64,000 nt of DNA, from contig JALGYY010000047.1 of assembly GCA_025782575.1 (NCBI GenBank), positions 14,139 through 78,138 on the forward strand, written 5' to 3'. The DNA comes from a bacterium (GTDB taxonomy: Bacteria > Orphanbacterota > Orphanbacteria > Orphanbacterales > Orphanbacteraceae). The notes beneath the pieces were generated by a model that searched no databases, was not told the DNA's origin, and saw only the letters and a program-made list of their open reading frames with translations. The stretch's first letter is position 1; every line of letters starts with the position of its first letter. Positions 26,938 through 36,695 of this stretch are shown piece by piece. A program made the translations under genes and the position numbers.

Positions 26938-27672
26938 CTAAATCACAACCTGAACCAGAAGCATCAGGCAGAATCCGAACATGAACACCCAGGCGAATCG
27001 GGCGTGGGAGATTTCGCTCTTTACGGCGGCGGGGATCATTTCGAGCAGTACCAGATACATCATCGCTCCCGCGGCGAAACCGAAGCTCGGAATGAGAAGG
27101 GGCTTGAAGAATGATACCATGAGGGCGGCGGGAACGGCTGCGATCGGTTGGGGGATGTTGGAGAGGACGGCAAGCCAGAAGCACTTCGAAATCGATGCCC
27201 CCTCAGCTCGGTAGGGGATGGCGATGGCCAGTCCCTCAGGGATATTGTGGATCGCGATCGCCACTGCGATATAGGTGCCGAAATTTTCGATGCCGGACGC
27301 ATATCCCACGCCTACCGCTACCCCCTCTGGGAAGGAATGCAGGAACATGGCGATCAGGATGAGAAGCGATCGCTTCGATCCTGTCCCTAGAAAGCCGGAT
27401 TCTGCGAAACGGCGATTGGCCAGAAATTTGTCCGTTCCGTAGAGAAAGAAGCAACCGAGAAAGATGCCGAGCAGCAGGAGCAGGATCGTGCTTACATTGT
27501 CGGAACGAAGGTGGGGACCGATCAGGTTGAAGACGGAGGCTGAGTACATGAGGCCACCGGCGAAGGCGTAGCCGAGAGGAACATGCTTCTTCAGGTCGAC
27601 CCGTCCGAGGGCGACCGGAAGGGCGCCGAGACCGCAGGCGAGCGTGGCGATAAGGCTGGCGGCACCAGCCAT
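26938..27672 (-). CDS. zupT: ZIP family zinc/metal transporter (ZupT-like)
   Basis: LHSFPEGVAVGVGY and HNIPEGLAIAIP are the ZIP signature HN/HSxPEG motifs. Start taken at the internal ATG (reverse 27672-27670); the longer track ORF adds a non-hydrophobic extension. Confidence 0.8.
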   Translation of the reverse strand: MAGAASLIATLACGLGALPVALGRVDLKKHVPLGYAFAGGLMYSASVFNLIGPHLRSDNVSTILLLLLGIFLGCFFLYGTDKFLANRRFAESGFLGTGSKRSLLILIAMFLHSFPEGVAVGVGYASGIENFGTYIAVAIAIHNIPEGLAIAIPYRAEGASISKCFWLAVLSNIPQPIAAVPAALMVSFFKPLLIPSFGFAAGAMMYLVLLEMIPAAVKSEISHARFAWVFMFGFCLMLLVQVVI

Positions 27673-27828
27673 GAAAACGACTTGGGACGTTGAATGCACG
27701 ATTCCTCCCGGTCCAATCGCTCCCCTCTTCTTACCCGTTCTCAGCCTCCGGCACAAGCCTGTTGGAGCCCGCCCGGATCGATGTAATAAAGGCTATCCCC
27801 CAATCCTCACTGGTAGTATGGTTGGAGC

Positions 27829-29265
27829 ATGTCATCTACTGAGGAACTCCCCGAGATTCGTCTCGAAGATCTATCGGAAGCCACGCAGAAGGCGGTCCGC
27901 GACATAGGATGGGAAGAGCTGATGCCGGTACAGGCGAAGGCGATTCCTTACATGCTCGCCGGACGGGATGTAATGGTCCAATCCAGGACCGGGAGCGGGA
28001 AGACGGGAGCGTTTCTGATCCCGGCTTTCGAGCGGATCGATCCGGAGATCGACCATTGCCAGGTGATCATCATGGTTCCCACCAGGGAACTGGCCCGGCA
28101 GGTGGCGGCTGACGCCGAAAAACTGGCCCGGGGGCGCGGCCTCCGGTCGGCTGCGGTGTATGGCGGCGTGGGGTATGGCGAGCAATTGAGGGTACTCAAA
28201 GAAGGTGCTCATCTAGTCGTCGGCACACCCGGTCGGATTCTCGATCACCTCATGCGGCGGTCATTTCACCTCGACAAAGTACGGGTCCTCATTTTCGATG
28301 AAGCGGACAGGATGCTTTCGATGGGATTCTACCCCGACATGAAGGCGCTGGCCCGGTACCTCCCGAAAAAGCGAAGCGGTTATATGTTTTCGGCGACCTT
28401 CCCGCCGCTCGTATTGTCGTTGTCTAGGCAGTTCCTGAACGAGCCCGAAATGCTCAGTTTGTCGGCCGGATCCGAGCATGTCGCGGAAACCACGCAGGTC
28501 TATTATGAAGTAAACTCGATGGAAAAGGATCGGGGACTGATTCGCATTATCGAAGTAGAGAACCCCGATTCCGCGATCATATTCTGCAATACAAAAGCAC
28601 AGACTCACTATGTAATGAAGGTGCTCCAGCGTTTCGGCTATGACGCGGATGAACTGAGCGCTGACCTTTCCCAGAGTGCTCGTGAACAGGTGTTAGCCAA
28701 GGTATACGGAAAGAAGCTGCGGTTTCTGGTCGCTACCGATGTGGCGGCACGCGGGATCGACATCGACAATCTCTCGCATGTCATTCTGTATGACTTCCCT
28801 GAGGACCATGAGTCGTACATCCACCGAACCGGCAGGACAGGCCGTGCGGGTGCAGGGGGAGAGGCGATTTCCCTCGTGGGTGTGCTGGAAAAACTAGAGC
28901 TGAAAGCGGTAGCCAAGCGTTATGGCATCGATATGGAACGGCGTGAACTGCCGACGGACGAGGATGTGCAGGCTGTCGTGACGGAGCGTGTGACGGCTCT
29001 GCTCGAAGCGAAACTCCGTGGCCTGGACAACCTGGTCCGGGAGCGCATGGAGCGCATGATGCCGCTCGCCCGGAATCTGGGTAAGAGTGATGATGAGCTT
29101 GCTGTGATCGCCATGCTGATCGACGAGTACTATCAGGAGTCGTTACATGCGGCGCCCACTCCGGACGGCGAAAAGAAGTCTTCGGGGGACTCCAGTCGTC
29201 AGTCGACAGGGTATCGCCCCAAACACCAATCCCAAGGCGGCCGGGGCCGGGGACGGCGCCGCTAA
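27829..29265 (+). CDS. DEAD-box ATP-dependent RNA helicase with C-terminal RGG-rich tail
   Basis: Q-motif (GWEELMPVQAKAIP), motif I SRTGSGKT, DEAD (FDEADRML), SAT, HRTGRTGRAG, and a C-terminal GGRGRGRRR tail. Confidence 0.9.
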   Translation: MSSTEELPEIRLEDLSEATQKAVRDIGWEELMPVQAKAIPYMLAGRDVMVQSRTGSGKTGAFLIPAFERIDPEIDHCQVIIMVPTRELARQVAADAEKLARGRGLRSAAVYGGVGYGEQLRVLKEGAHLVVGTPGRILDHLMRRSFHLDKVRVLIFDEADRMLSMGFYPDMKALARYLPKKRSGYMFSATFPPLVLSLSRQFLNEPEMLSLSAGSEHVAETTQVYYEVNSMEKDRGLIRIIEVENPDSAIIFCNTKAQTHYVMKVLQRFGYDADELSADLSQSAREQVLAKVYGKKLRFLVATDVAARGIDIDNLSHVILYDFPEDHESYIHRTGRTGRAGAGGEAISLVGVLEKLELKAVAKRYGIDMERRELPTDEDVQAVVTERVTALLEAKLRGLDNLVRERMERMMPLARNLGKSDDELAVIAMLIDEYYQESLHAAPTPDGEKKSSGDSSRQSTGYRPKHQSQGGRGRGRRR

Positions 29266-29589
29266 TCAGACAAGGCCCGGCCGGAATACGATAGAAAAGC
29301 GGCCCGGTCGACCCATTCAGCGAAGTAATCCCCACACCAGCAAAAGCCCCGTCAGCCTCAATGCCGAAGTGCGTGGTTCCCGCTATGTGCCAACCGAGCC
29401 ACCGGTCTCATCTGCAATGCAAGTGAGATGCCCGACCGACATGGATTGCCTCTCTTAATTAAATGTTTCTTTCATATGATGTTATGGCGATTGGTGCGGG
29501 GTGGCCGCGGGGAGTCCTTGCAGTGCCTGGGTCGAATCGGACCAATTTGACGGGCGACCGAAATCAAAACGCACCAGTAGATAAACAGA

Positions 29590-29621
29590 GGCTCCCCCGG
29601 ACGACCCGGAGGAGCCTGCAT
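29590..29621. terminator. Candidate bidirectional intrinsic terminator
   Basis: aggctcccccgg-acgac-ccggaggagcct forms an 11-bp stem (1 mismatch) with a 5-nt loop, 24 nt 3' of the minus-strand OmpA-family gene. T-containing flanks on both strands. Confidence 0.4.
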
Positions 29622-29644
29622 CTTTGCAATCGAACGGCGAGGGA

Positions 29645-30307
29645 TCAGCCCTGAGCTGCCTTCTCCTCGGCGGTCTTCTTCAGCTCTTCGTTCGCCATGA
29701 TCCCCACTTCTACCCGGCGATTCTGAGCCTTCCCTTCGGGGGAGTCATTGAGGGTGGCCGGCTTCGACTCCCCGAGCCCCTCGACGGTCATCCGGGAACG
29801 GGTCACATTCTGGGAGATCAGGTAAAGAGCGACCGCCTCGGCCCGCTTCTCGGAGAGGGTTTGATTGTATGTCTCCGATCCGTCCGAATCGGTATGGCCC
29901 TGCACCAGGATGTTGGTGTCATCGTACTTCTTGAGCACCGCAGCAAGTTTTTCGATGTTGGCTTTGGCCTCCGGCTGAAGCTCTGATTGATTCACCTCGA
30001 ACAGAATGCCCGAATCAAACGTAACCTGGATCCCTTCACCGACCCGCTCGACTTCGGCTCCCTCGAGATCCGCTTCCAGTTCTTCCGCCTGCTCGTCCAT
30101 GTAGTGACCGATGTAAGCACCGGCGGCACCCCCCATGACCCCTCCAGCAAGAACACCGGCAGTCGTGTTACCGCTTGCCTTGCCGATGAGACCGCCGATC
30201 AGGGCGCCGGTACCACTTCCGATCACGCCCCCCTTCTGAGTGCTCGTGCAGCCGAACACCGCCAGGCTGAGTGCCGCAACGAGAACAAGAATGAACATTC
30301 TACGCAT
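29645..30307 (-). CDS. OmpA-family peptidoglycan-binding lipoprotein
   Basis: Start at the ATG preceded by AGGAGG. Lipobox LAVFGC. Gly-zipper region (GSGTGALIGGLIGK...GGVMGGAAGAYIG). C-terminal OmpA domain (NILVQGHTDSDGSETYNQTLSEKRAEAV...RRVEV). Confidence 0.8.
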   Translation of the reverse strand: MRRMFILVLVAALSLAVFGCTSTQKGGVIGSGTGALIGGLIGKASGNTTAGVLAGGVMGGAAGAYIGHYMDEQAEELEADLEGAEVERVGEGIQVTFDSGILFEVNQSELQPEAKANIEKLAAVLKKYDDTNILVQGHTDSDGSETYNQTLSEKRAEAVALYLISQNVTRSRMTVEGLGESKPATLNDSPEGKAQNRRVEVGIMANEELKKTAEEKAAQG

Positions 30308-30539
30308 TTTGATCCAATCCTCCTTTGGCTTGCGGATCCCGCTATTGGCAGTGCTCTTCCGATTGGCCGGAAGATCCGCCTGGGGATCCCGAGCCGATAG
30401 CCCTTGGTCCACCCGAGGGCCCGATTTTACACGGACGGTCCAAGGTTCGCAACAGGTGAGCGTTGCCTCCCTAACGCCACCTCAGCTAATTGCCGAACCT
30501 ATATAAGTAGGAAACCGTGATTTCAGGGGGAGAATTTCC

Positions 30540-31406
30540 GTGCATCTCGTAGCCTGTCCGGCCTGTCATCTTCAATTCGACGTCTCCGGGCATGACCAGG
30601 AGGAGATCAAGTGTCGGTGCGGGGCAACCATCCCTGTCGAACACCACGACCCGATAGATATCGAAATCCGGAGGTGCGGATCGTGCGGCGCGTCGGTCGA
30701 GCCCGATTCCGAGCAGTGCGGGTACTGCCGTTCCACGGTTAAGCGGGACGCCGACCACCTGAGCCTCATCTGTCCCGAGTGTTATGGCCGGAACGCGGAA
30801 CGGTCCCGATTCTGTACCGGATGTGGAGTCCGCTTCGCGCCCCAGTCGCTGGAGAGCATAGAGGACGACCTCACTTGCCCCTGTTGCGAAGAGAAATTGC
30901 TCGCGAGATCGGTCGCCGGATTCCCGGTGCATGAGTGTGGAAAGTGTCACGGCCTCTGGGCGCCGGAAGAGAGTTTCGATGCGCTTGTGGGGCGAGCCGT
31001 TTCCGCGCAGGAAGTCTCGGCGGGCGATGGCCTCGGCAAGGGAGGAAGCGGGAAAAAGAAGACGCCGTTCCAGTCCAGGATCGTCTACAGGTCGTGCCCC
31101 GTTTGCAGCGGAATGATGCAGCGCAAGAATTTCGGAATACGGTCGGGCGTGATCGTCGACTGGTGCGGCAAGCACGGGACATGGCTCGACGCGGATGAAC
31201 TCGAAGACATTGCCGCTTTCATCGCTCGTGGCGGACTTGGCAGAATGGGGCGGGACGCCGAGTTCGATCGTGTTCGAGAGACAATGAAAGTAGAGCGATT
31301 ACAGATGAAACGGAGAGCGGAAAAGAAGAGATCAGGAGCCGGGTTTGTCACCGAGGACGACCAATCGTTTTCGCTCCTTGAACTGTTAAAGGGTGTATTC
31401 GACTAG
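30540..31406 (+). CDS. Multi-zinc-ribbon protein (TFIIB-type zf, YdjG-like)
   Basis: Several CxxC...CxxC pairs: CPACH...CRCG, CGSCG...CGYC, CPECYG...CTGCG, CPCCE...CGKCHGLWAPEE, CPVCSG...CGKHGTWLDADELEDI. The last two match the zf-TFIIB pattern C-P-x-C...C..C-G-x-W-[FL]-D-x-x-E-L. Confidence 0.55.
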   Translation: MHLVACPACHLQFDVSGHDQEEIKCRCGATIPVEHHDPIDIEIRRCGSCGASVEPDSEQCGYCRSTVKRDADHLSLICPECYGRNAERSRFCTGCGVRFAPQSLESIEDDLTCPCCEEKLLARSVAGFPVHECGKCHGLWAPEESFDALVGRAVSAQEVSAGDGLGKGGSGKKKTPFQSRIVYRSCPVCSGMMQRKNFGIRSGVIVDWCGKHGTWLDADELEDIAAFIARGGLGRMGRDAEFDRVRETMKVERLQMKRRAEKKRSGAGFVTEDDQSFSLLELLKGVFD

Positions 31407-31442
31407 ACGGGCCGACCCGGCGAGGAGCTGCCGGCATAAGAG

Positions 31443-32546
31443 ATGGAGGAATCGATGAGTTTCGTGGACAAGCTGCGTGGAGAGTTAATTGACATTGTCG
31501 AATGGGTAGATGACAGCAGGCACACGCTCGTCTGGCGCTTCCCCCGCTATCACAATCAGATCAAGAACGGTGCCCGGCTGATCGTGCGCCCCGGGCAGAT
31601 GGCTATCTTCGTGCACAACGGCAAAGTGGCCGACGTGTTCGAGCCGGGCACCCATAAGCTCACAACGAGCAATCTCCCGGTGCTCAGCACACTTCAGGGA
31701 TGGGCCCACGGGTTCGACAGCCCGTTTCGATCAGAGATCTATTTCATTGCCAGCCGGCAGGTCACCGAGCTCAAGTGGGGAACACCCAATCCGGTGATCA
31801 TGCGTGATCCCGATTTCGGTGCCATCCGTGTGCGGGCTTTCGGCACTTATACGTTGAAGGCCCACGATCCGCGGGCGCTCCTGAACGAATTGGTCGGCAC
31901 GGATTCGGAGTTCGAAGCCGAAGAGATCAGCGTGCACATGCGGTCGATCATCAACAATTGTTTTGCCGATGTAGTGGCGAATTCGGGAATCTCGATTATC
32001 GACCTCGCTTCGCGATACGGAGACCTCTCGGAGGAGCTACGCGTAGCGGTCATGCAGAAAGTGGACGATGAATACGGCCTGCATATTCCCCAGCTCTGGA
32101 TCGTGAACATATCCCTTCCTGAAGAAGTCGAAAAGGCGATCGACTCCAAGTCGAGTATGGGGGTTCTCGGCGATCTCGCGCAGTATCAGCAGTACCAGCT
32201 CGGTCTCTCGATGCCCGTTGCGGCGGAGAACCCGGCGGGTGGGCTGGCCGGTGCCGGAGTCGGTCTCGGGATGGGGATGGCCTACACAAGGAACCTGTTC
32301 GATGGATCAGGTGGTGGAGTGGCCTCGCCTCCAGCGCCTCCCGGTGCGCGTGCTGTCTGGCACGTCGCCGAAAACGGTCAATCCACTGGGCCCTGGTCCC
32401 AGACTCAGATTGCCGAATTGATCAGTTCGGGACGAATAGGCGCAAAGACTCTCGTCTGGACAACCGGCATGGCAGCCTGGCTACCGGCCGAGCAGACATC
32501 ACAGTTCGCCACCTACTTCAACCCGAGCCCGCCGCCATTGCCATAG
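31443..32546 (+). CDS. SPFH/band-7 domain protein (YdjI-like) with C-terminal DUF4339/GYF-like domain
   Basis: N-terminal SPFH-like region, Gly-rich linker, and a C-terminal WHVAENGQSTGPWSQTQIAELISSGRIGAKTLVWTTGMAAWLPAE (DUF4339-type). The stop TAG 32544-32546 is immediately followed by the palindromic element. Confidence 0.65.
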   Translation: MEESMSFVDKLRGELIDIVEWVDDSRHTLVWRFPRYHNQIKNGARLIVRPGQMAIFVHNGKVADVFEPGTHKLTTSNLPVLSTLQGWAHGFDSPFRSEIYFIASRQVTELKWGTPNPVIMRDPDFGAIRVRAFGTYTLKAHDPRALLNELVGTDSEFEAEEISVHMRSIINNCFADVVANSGISIIDLASRYGDLSEELRVAVMQKVDDEYGLHIPQLWIVNISLPEEVEKAIDSKSSMGVLGDLAQYQQYQLGLSMPVAAENPAGGLAGAGVGLGMGMAYTRNLFDGSGGGVASPPAPPGARAVWHVAENGQSTGPWSQTQIAELISSGRIGAKTLVWTTGMAAWLPAEQTSQFATYFNPSPPPLP

Positions 32547-32797
32547 GCGCCGCTCCTCACCGAGGCGCCGCTCCTCACCGAGGCGAACGGTCCTTCTCCC
32601 GGGGGCCGTCTCCGGGGCTCCTGATCGTCGCCCCTCGCCTACTCGCTCGGCCGGCCCGTAGAATCTTCGCACGAAAATGGGCAGGGTCTTGACTAACCCT
32701 GCCCATTTTCAATGCTCTCATTCAACGGGGCCGCCGGCCTCGTCTCGTTAATCCCCCCGGGAGAAGGACCGTTCGCCTCGGTGAGGAGCGGCGCCTA
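32547..32797. repeat. MITE-like palindromic element: 41-nt terminal inverted repeats flanking ~150 bp with a central hairpin
   Basis: Left arm 32547-32605 is gcgccgctcctcaccgaggc[gccgctcctcaccgaggc]gaacggtccttctcccggggg, including an 18-nt tandem duplication. Right arm 32754-32794 is its exact reverse complement. Each arm directly abuts a TAG stop codon (32544-46 on +, 32795-97 on -). Confidence 0.6.
32673..32710. terminator. Bidirectional intrinsic terminator inside the palindromic element
   Basis: gaaaatgggcaggg-tcttgactaa-ccctgcccattttc is a perfect 14-bp stem. An A-tract lies on the 5' side and a T-tract on the 3' side, on both strands. Confidence 0.55.
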
Positions 32798-35272
32798 GCG
32801 GAGCAGTACTATCTTCTGTGTGACAGTTTCGCCGCCTGTTTCGAGGCGTAGAAAGTAGATCCCCGCCGCCACACGACCGTTACCGGAACCCAGGCCGTTC
32901 CATGTAGCCGTATGGCGTCCGGCGGACTGAACGCCGGTTACGAGGCGCGAAACGAGCCGGCCTCGTATGTCGTATACGACAAGACTGACATCGGACGTGG
33001 CGGGCAGATTGTAGACGACGGTCGACTGCGACCGGACCGGGTTCGGACGGATGCTTTCGAAGCGGAGCGGACCGCCACCCAGAGGGGGCGCGTCAGGCGT
33101 GCCGGTCGAGGTCCCCTGCTTCAGCACCAGGAGGCCCATCTGGGGAATGGTGAGAAGAGTAGATTGAGTGAAACCATCGGCCGATATCGCATCGACCGTA
33201 ATCGAAGGATTGGTCAGCCCGTTCCCTTCATATTGCGTCGCCTGGCTGTTAATGATCTCTGTCCAGGTGCCTCCGGCCGGGAGGCCGACGCGATAGTTAT
33301 TCCAGTTTCCGTTGTTGAAATTCGCGATGATGACGAAGACGTTGCCGGCGTTGTCCCAGCGTTGCCACGCGATCACATTCCCGCTCTCGTTCTGATGAAA
33401 TACCTGATGAGATGCGTCTGCCCGGAGCGCGGGGTTCGTGGTGCGCCACGAGATCATTTCTTTGTAGTATTGGAAGATCCCCGCGTAGGTCGTCTTCTTT
33501 GACCAGTCGATCCTGTTCGCCGGGTCGGTGCCGAAGTCAGTATCCTCGAGCCATTCGGATCCCATGAGCATGGCCGGCACACCGGGCGAAAACATCACGA
33601 TGCCCTGAGCCAGCTTCGATCGCCCCTTCGCCCACATATCGTCGTGGGGAAAAGTAGTATCGATTGTCTTAACCAGTCGCTGTCCGCCGCTCGACGGCCA
33701 TGCCTCGTCATGAAGTTCCACATAGTTCGTAACCTTGACGCCGCTGAGATCTACACCGCCGCCGTTGATAATGTTACGAATCTTCCAGATTTCCGGGTCG
33801 CCCAGCGCGGCGTCGAAGATCTCCTCGCGAAGACGATCCGTGAAGTTGTCGTAGTATTGGGAATCGAACCCGGCGCCTCCGGTACCGGTTGACCGCGTGA
33901 CCCAGCTGTCATCGGGTAACTGCTCTGCGATCGAAACCTTGTTTGCCCATCGCCAGTCGATCAGATCGTTGAACTCCTGCATGAGTGACCAACCTGACGC
34001 GTCCTGAGGCGGGATATTCATGAAATCGGTCGCATCCATTCGGAACCCGTCGACATGGTATTCCTCGAGCCAGTGAAGGGCACTGTGCAGAAAATAGTCG
34101 CGCACATTCTGGTTGTCGAAATCTGCCTGATCACCCCAGGGGGTACCCACGGCCGGATTGTCGAAGTAGATCTGGTTGCCGTCGTAGAACCAGAGGAAGT
34201 TGTCGGTCGATGAAAAGTGATTCCAGAGAATATCAAGTAACACCGCGATCCCGTGATTGTGAAACGAATCGATCATCGCCTTGCACTCGTCCGGTGTCCC
34301 GTAAACCCAATCGGGGGCGAACTCGGTGACCGGGTTATACCCGGCGGAGAGATCGCCCGCAAACTCGGTGATCGGGTTGAGCATCACAGCGTTGACACCG
34401 AGATCGGCAAGCTGATAAACGCGATTCGCGACGTCGAGATAACCGGACGGGTGAGCGACTGTTCCTTGTGGATCATTCCGCCCTGCAAACGATCCGACGT
34501 GAAGCTGGTAAATCACCATTTCTTCAAGGTCGGGCGTGTCGAAATCCGCGAGTGCCCATGAATACGCAAAGGGATCCTGGATGATCGAATTCTGATTGGC
34601 GGCAGGGTTCAGCCCGCGGGCACGAGGGTCCGGTTTCCAGAGATTGTTGTCGAAATAATACTTGTATTCATCGAGAGGTGACGCGCCCGTCACATGCGCA
34701 ATGTAGTGTTCCCCCACTTTGAATAAGGGATTCGTTGTCGCCCACGCGTTGAACTTTCCCCGCACGCGGGCGGACGTAGGGTTCGGCGCCCATACTTTGA
34801 AAACGACGCCGCTGCTGGTCGGCGTCGCACCGAGCGGCGCATGGTCGAGAGTGAGGAAGTTGACCACATAGCCGCTGTCTAGCGGGACGGCATCAGACAT
34901 TCCGTTGATGCTGTTGTAGTCGGTATCGGTTCCGTCGGTCAGTTCGAAGTAATACTTTGCGATTCCCGATCCGGTCAGCGGCACCTGGGCCGACCAGATG
35001 TCGTAAGGGCCCCGGCCCCCTGCGAGTGATCCTGAAAGAGTGTCGAGAAGGCCGCCGTCATCTACGAAAACCTGCAGAGCCGTGATGTCATTGGCCCACG
35101 TCTGGATTCGCACTTCGAACGATTCGGACGAAATCGGTGCGAGTGGCCTCCGGTCCTGCCAGGGAATGTGCGAGACACCGTTCCACTCGACATTGTTGTC
35201 TGGAGCGGCTGCAAACAGGGTCGTGGCACCCACACAGGCGGCCAGACAGAACAGAAAGGACTTTCGTAGCAT
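32795..35272 (-). CDS. GH13 alpha-amylase-family enzyme with N-terminal CBM48-like domain and C-terminal T9SS sorting domain
   Basis: Signal peptide. GVVFKVWAPNPTSARVRGKFNAW (CBM48/E-set), HVDGFRMDATDFM (GH13 region II), NYVELHDE. C-terminal ...AAGIYFLRLETGGETVTQKIVLLR is a Por/T9SS CTD. Confidence 0.8.
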   Translation of the reverse strand: MLRKSFLFCLAACVGATTLFAAAPDNNVEWNGVSHIPWQDRRPLAPISSESFEVRIQTWANDITALQVFVDDGGLLDTLSGSLAGGRGPYDIWSAQVPLTGSGIAKYYFELTDGTDTDYNSINGMSDAVPLDSGYVVNFLTLDHAPLGATPTSSGVVFKVWAPNPTSARVRGKFNAWATTNPLFKVGEHYIAHVTGASPLDEYKYYFDNNLWKPDPRARGLNPAANQNSIIQDPFAYSWALADFDTPDLEEMVIYQLHVGSFAGRNDPQGTVAHPSGYLDVANRVYQLADLGVNAVMLNPITEFAGDLSAGYNPVTEFAPDWVYGTPDECKAMIDSFHNHGIAVLLDILWNHFSSTDNFLWFYDGNQIYFDNPAVGTPWGDQADFDNQNVRDYFLHSALHWLEEYHVDGFRMDATDFMNIPPQDASGWSLMQEFNDLIDWRWANKVSIAEQLPDDSWVTRSTGTGGAGFDSQYYDNFTDRLREEIFDAALGDPEIWKIRNIINGGGVDLSGVKVTNYVELHDEAWPSSGGQRLVKTIDTTFPHDDMWAKGRSKLAQGIVMFSPGVPAMLMGSEWLEDTDFGTDPANRIDWSKKTTYAGIFQYYKEMISWRTTNPALRADASHQVFHQNESGNVIAWQRWDNAGNVFVIIANFNNGNWNNYRVGLPAGGTWTEIINSQATQYEGNGLTNPSITVDAISADGFTQSTLLTIPQMGLLVLKQGTSTGTPDAPPLGGGPLRFESIRPNPVRSQSTVVYNLPATSDVSLVVYDIRGRLVSRLVTGVQSAGRHTATWNGLGSGNGRVAAGIYFLRLETGGETVTQKIVLLR

Positions 35273-35384
35273 AACTCAATGACTCCGTTGTCAGAAATGA
35301 CCGGCTGATGGCATCTGGGGGAGGGTAAGTACGCCTATTATACCATATTGGCGGCATGAGAGTGAGCGGAAGAGGGGGGGGAGG

Positions 35385-36503
35385 CTATCTGAGTCGATCG
35401 AGCCTCTCCGAGACCTGGTGGGCGACGAGAGGCTTTCGAAGATGGGCACGGATGCCCGCTTTTTCGATGGCAATCCGGGATACCGGGTTTCGGTAGTCTG
35501 TAACAAGGACGATCGTGAGATCGGGATGGACATTTCGAAGTTGCCGGGCATGATCGAGCCCGTTCCAATCCGGCATCTGGTGATCGCAGATCACAATGTC
35601 GAATCGGCCGGGGTTCTCGTCGACCGCACCCATCGCTCTTGAAAGGCTCGATTTCGTAGCGACATCGTAGCCAAGTCCCCGGAACAGTTCCTGAAACTCA
35701 CTGGTTGTCTTCGGTTCGCCCGAAAGAATCAGGATCTCCCTGGCAAGGCTTTCAACATCCCCACGCGTTTCGTTCGCCTCAATCGGGAGGGAGTATGGAA
35801 AGAAGACCTGAATCCGCGTTCCGTGGCCCGGGTCGCTATTGATCGTGACCGCGCCGCCTGCGTCGCTTGTAAGCCGATTCACGAGGGGCAGGCCGAGAAC
35901 TGATAGCTGAGGGGAAAACGCTTCACGGATCTGATCGCCATCCCAGACATCGACTCCAATGGCCACGGTGAGGTGAGCATACGGCCCTGCTTCCAGGTCA
36001 GGATGAGGGCGATCATTATCCTGAGCAACCTGCAGTTGCCCCAGATTCAATTCGATCGGTGCGCAATCGGTTCCGGAAGAGAGTTGAGCCGCATGCCGGA
36101 TCAGATGAGTGAGAACGAGCGAAAACCGGCGGATGTCGATGATAACGACCTGGCTCGGAAAGTCGCCCCGCTGTTCAATTGAAGCGGACCACTCAGGAGC
36201 CCCCGAGCCGGAATATTCGCAGAGGGCAGTGTCGAAGAGGTCCTGGAGGAATGCTCGCTCACGGGCGGCCTGCCGGGACGGCAGGAGAAGGGGGATTGGG
36301 GCACTACAATCTCTGGCTTGCCGTGCAGCCGCATCAATTCCCCGGAGAGCGTCCCTTTCCTGATCTCGATCCAGGTTGCCGGTACGGAGCTCGGCCGACA
36401 GAGACTCGATTCGGGAGAGGGCACGCTCCAGCTCGGCAACGAGACCATCCGTCAATGCCGCCGGTGTGACGATAGGGTCTTCAGGCTGTTTTTTCTCATT
36501 CAC
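35385..36503 (-). CDS. Atypical sensor protein: HATPase_c-like domain fused to a C-terminal receiver (REC) domain
   Basis: C-terminal REC (FDIVICDHQMPDWNGLD...IVLVTD...K). Middle region with a degenerate G-box (SDAGGAVTINSDPGHGTRIQVFFP). No clear HisKA H-box recognised. Confidence 0.55.
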   Translation of the reverse strand: MNEKKQPEDPIVTPAALTDGLVAELERALSRIESLSAELRTGNLDRDQERDALRGIDAAARQARDCSAPIPLLLPSRQAARERAFLQDLFDTALCEYSGSGAPEWSASIEQRGDFPSQVVIIDIRRFSLVLTHLIRHAAQLSSGTDCAPIELNLGQLQVAQDNDRPHPDLEAGPYAHLTVAIGVDVWDGDQIREAFSPQLSVLGLPLVNRLTSDAGGAVTINSDPGHGTRIQVFFPYSLPIEANETRGDVESLAREILILSGEPKTTSEFQELFRGLGYDVATKSSLSRAMGAVDENPGRFDIVICDHQMPDWNGLDHARQLRNVHPDLTIVLVTDYRNPVSRIAIEKAGIRAHLRKPLVAHQVSERLDRLR

Positions 36504-36695
36504 GACAGATCACTCCATATAATATGACTCATCTTGTATCAGATGCTGGATTTAGTTCAACAAGAGCGACCAAGATACAGTGTAAGTATCAGTCGAAATT
36601 CGCTGTAGGAAATAGGCCTACGTCACAATGGTCATGCTGAGCCTCGAGCCTAAGGTGCTGGATCTTAGCGACCAGATCCAATAGCATAATTAAAC

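Noticed and set aside
29515-29560. tRNA-like T-loop resemblance (gggtcgaatcgga, close to GGTTCGAATCC)
   Set aside because: No acceptor stem, D-arm or anticodon arm can be built on either strand. It is an isolated similarity only.
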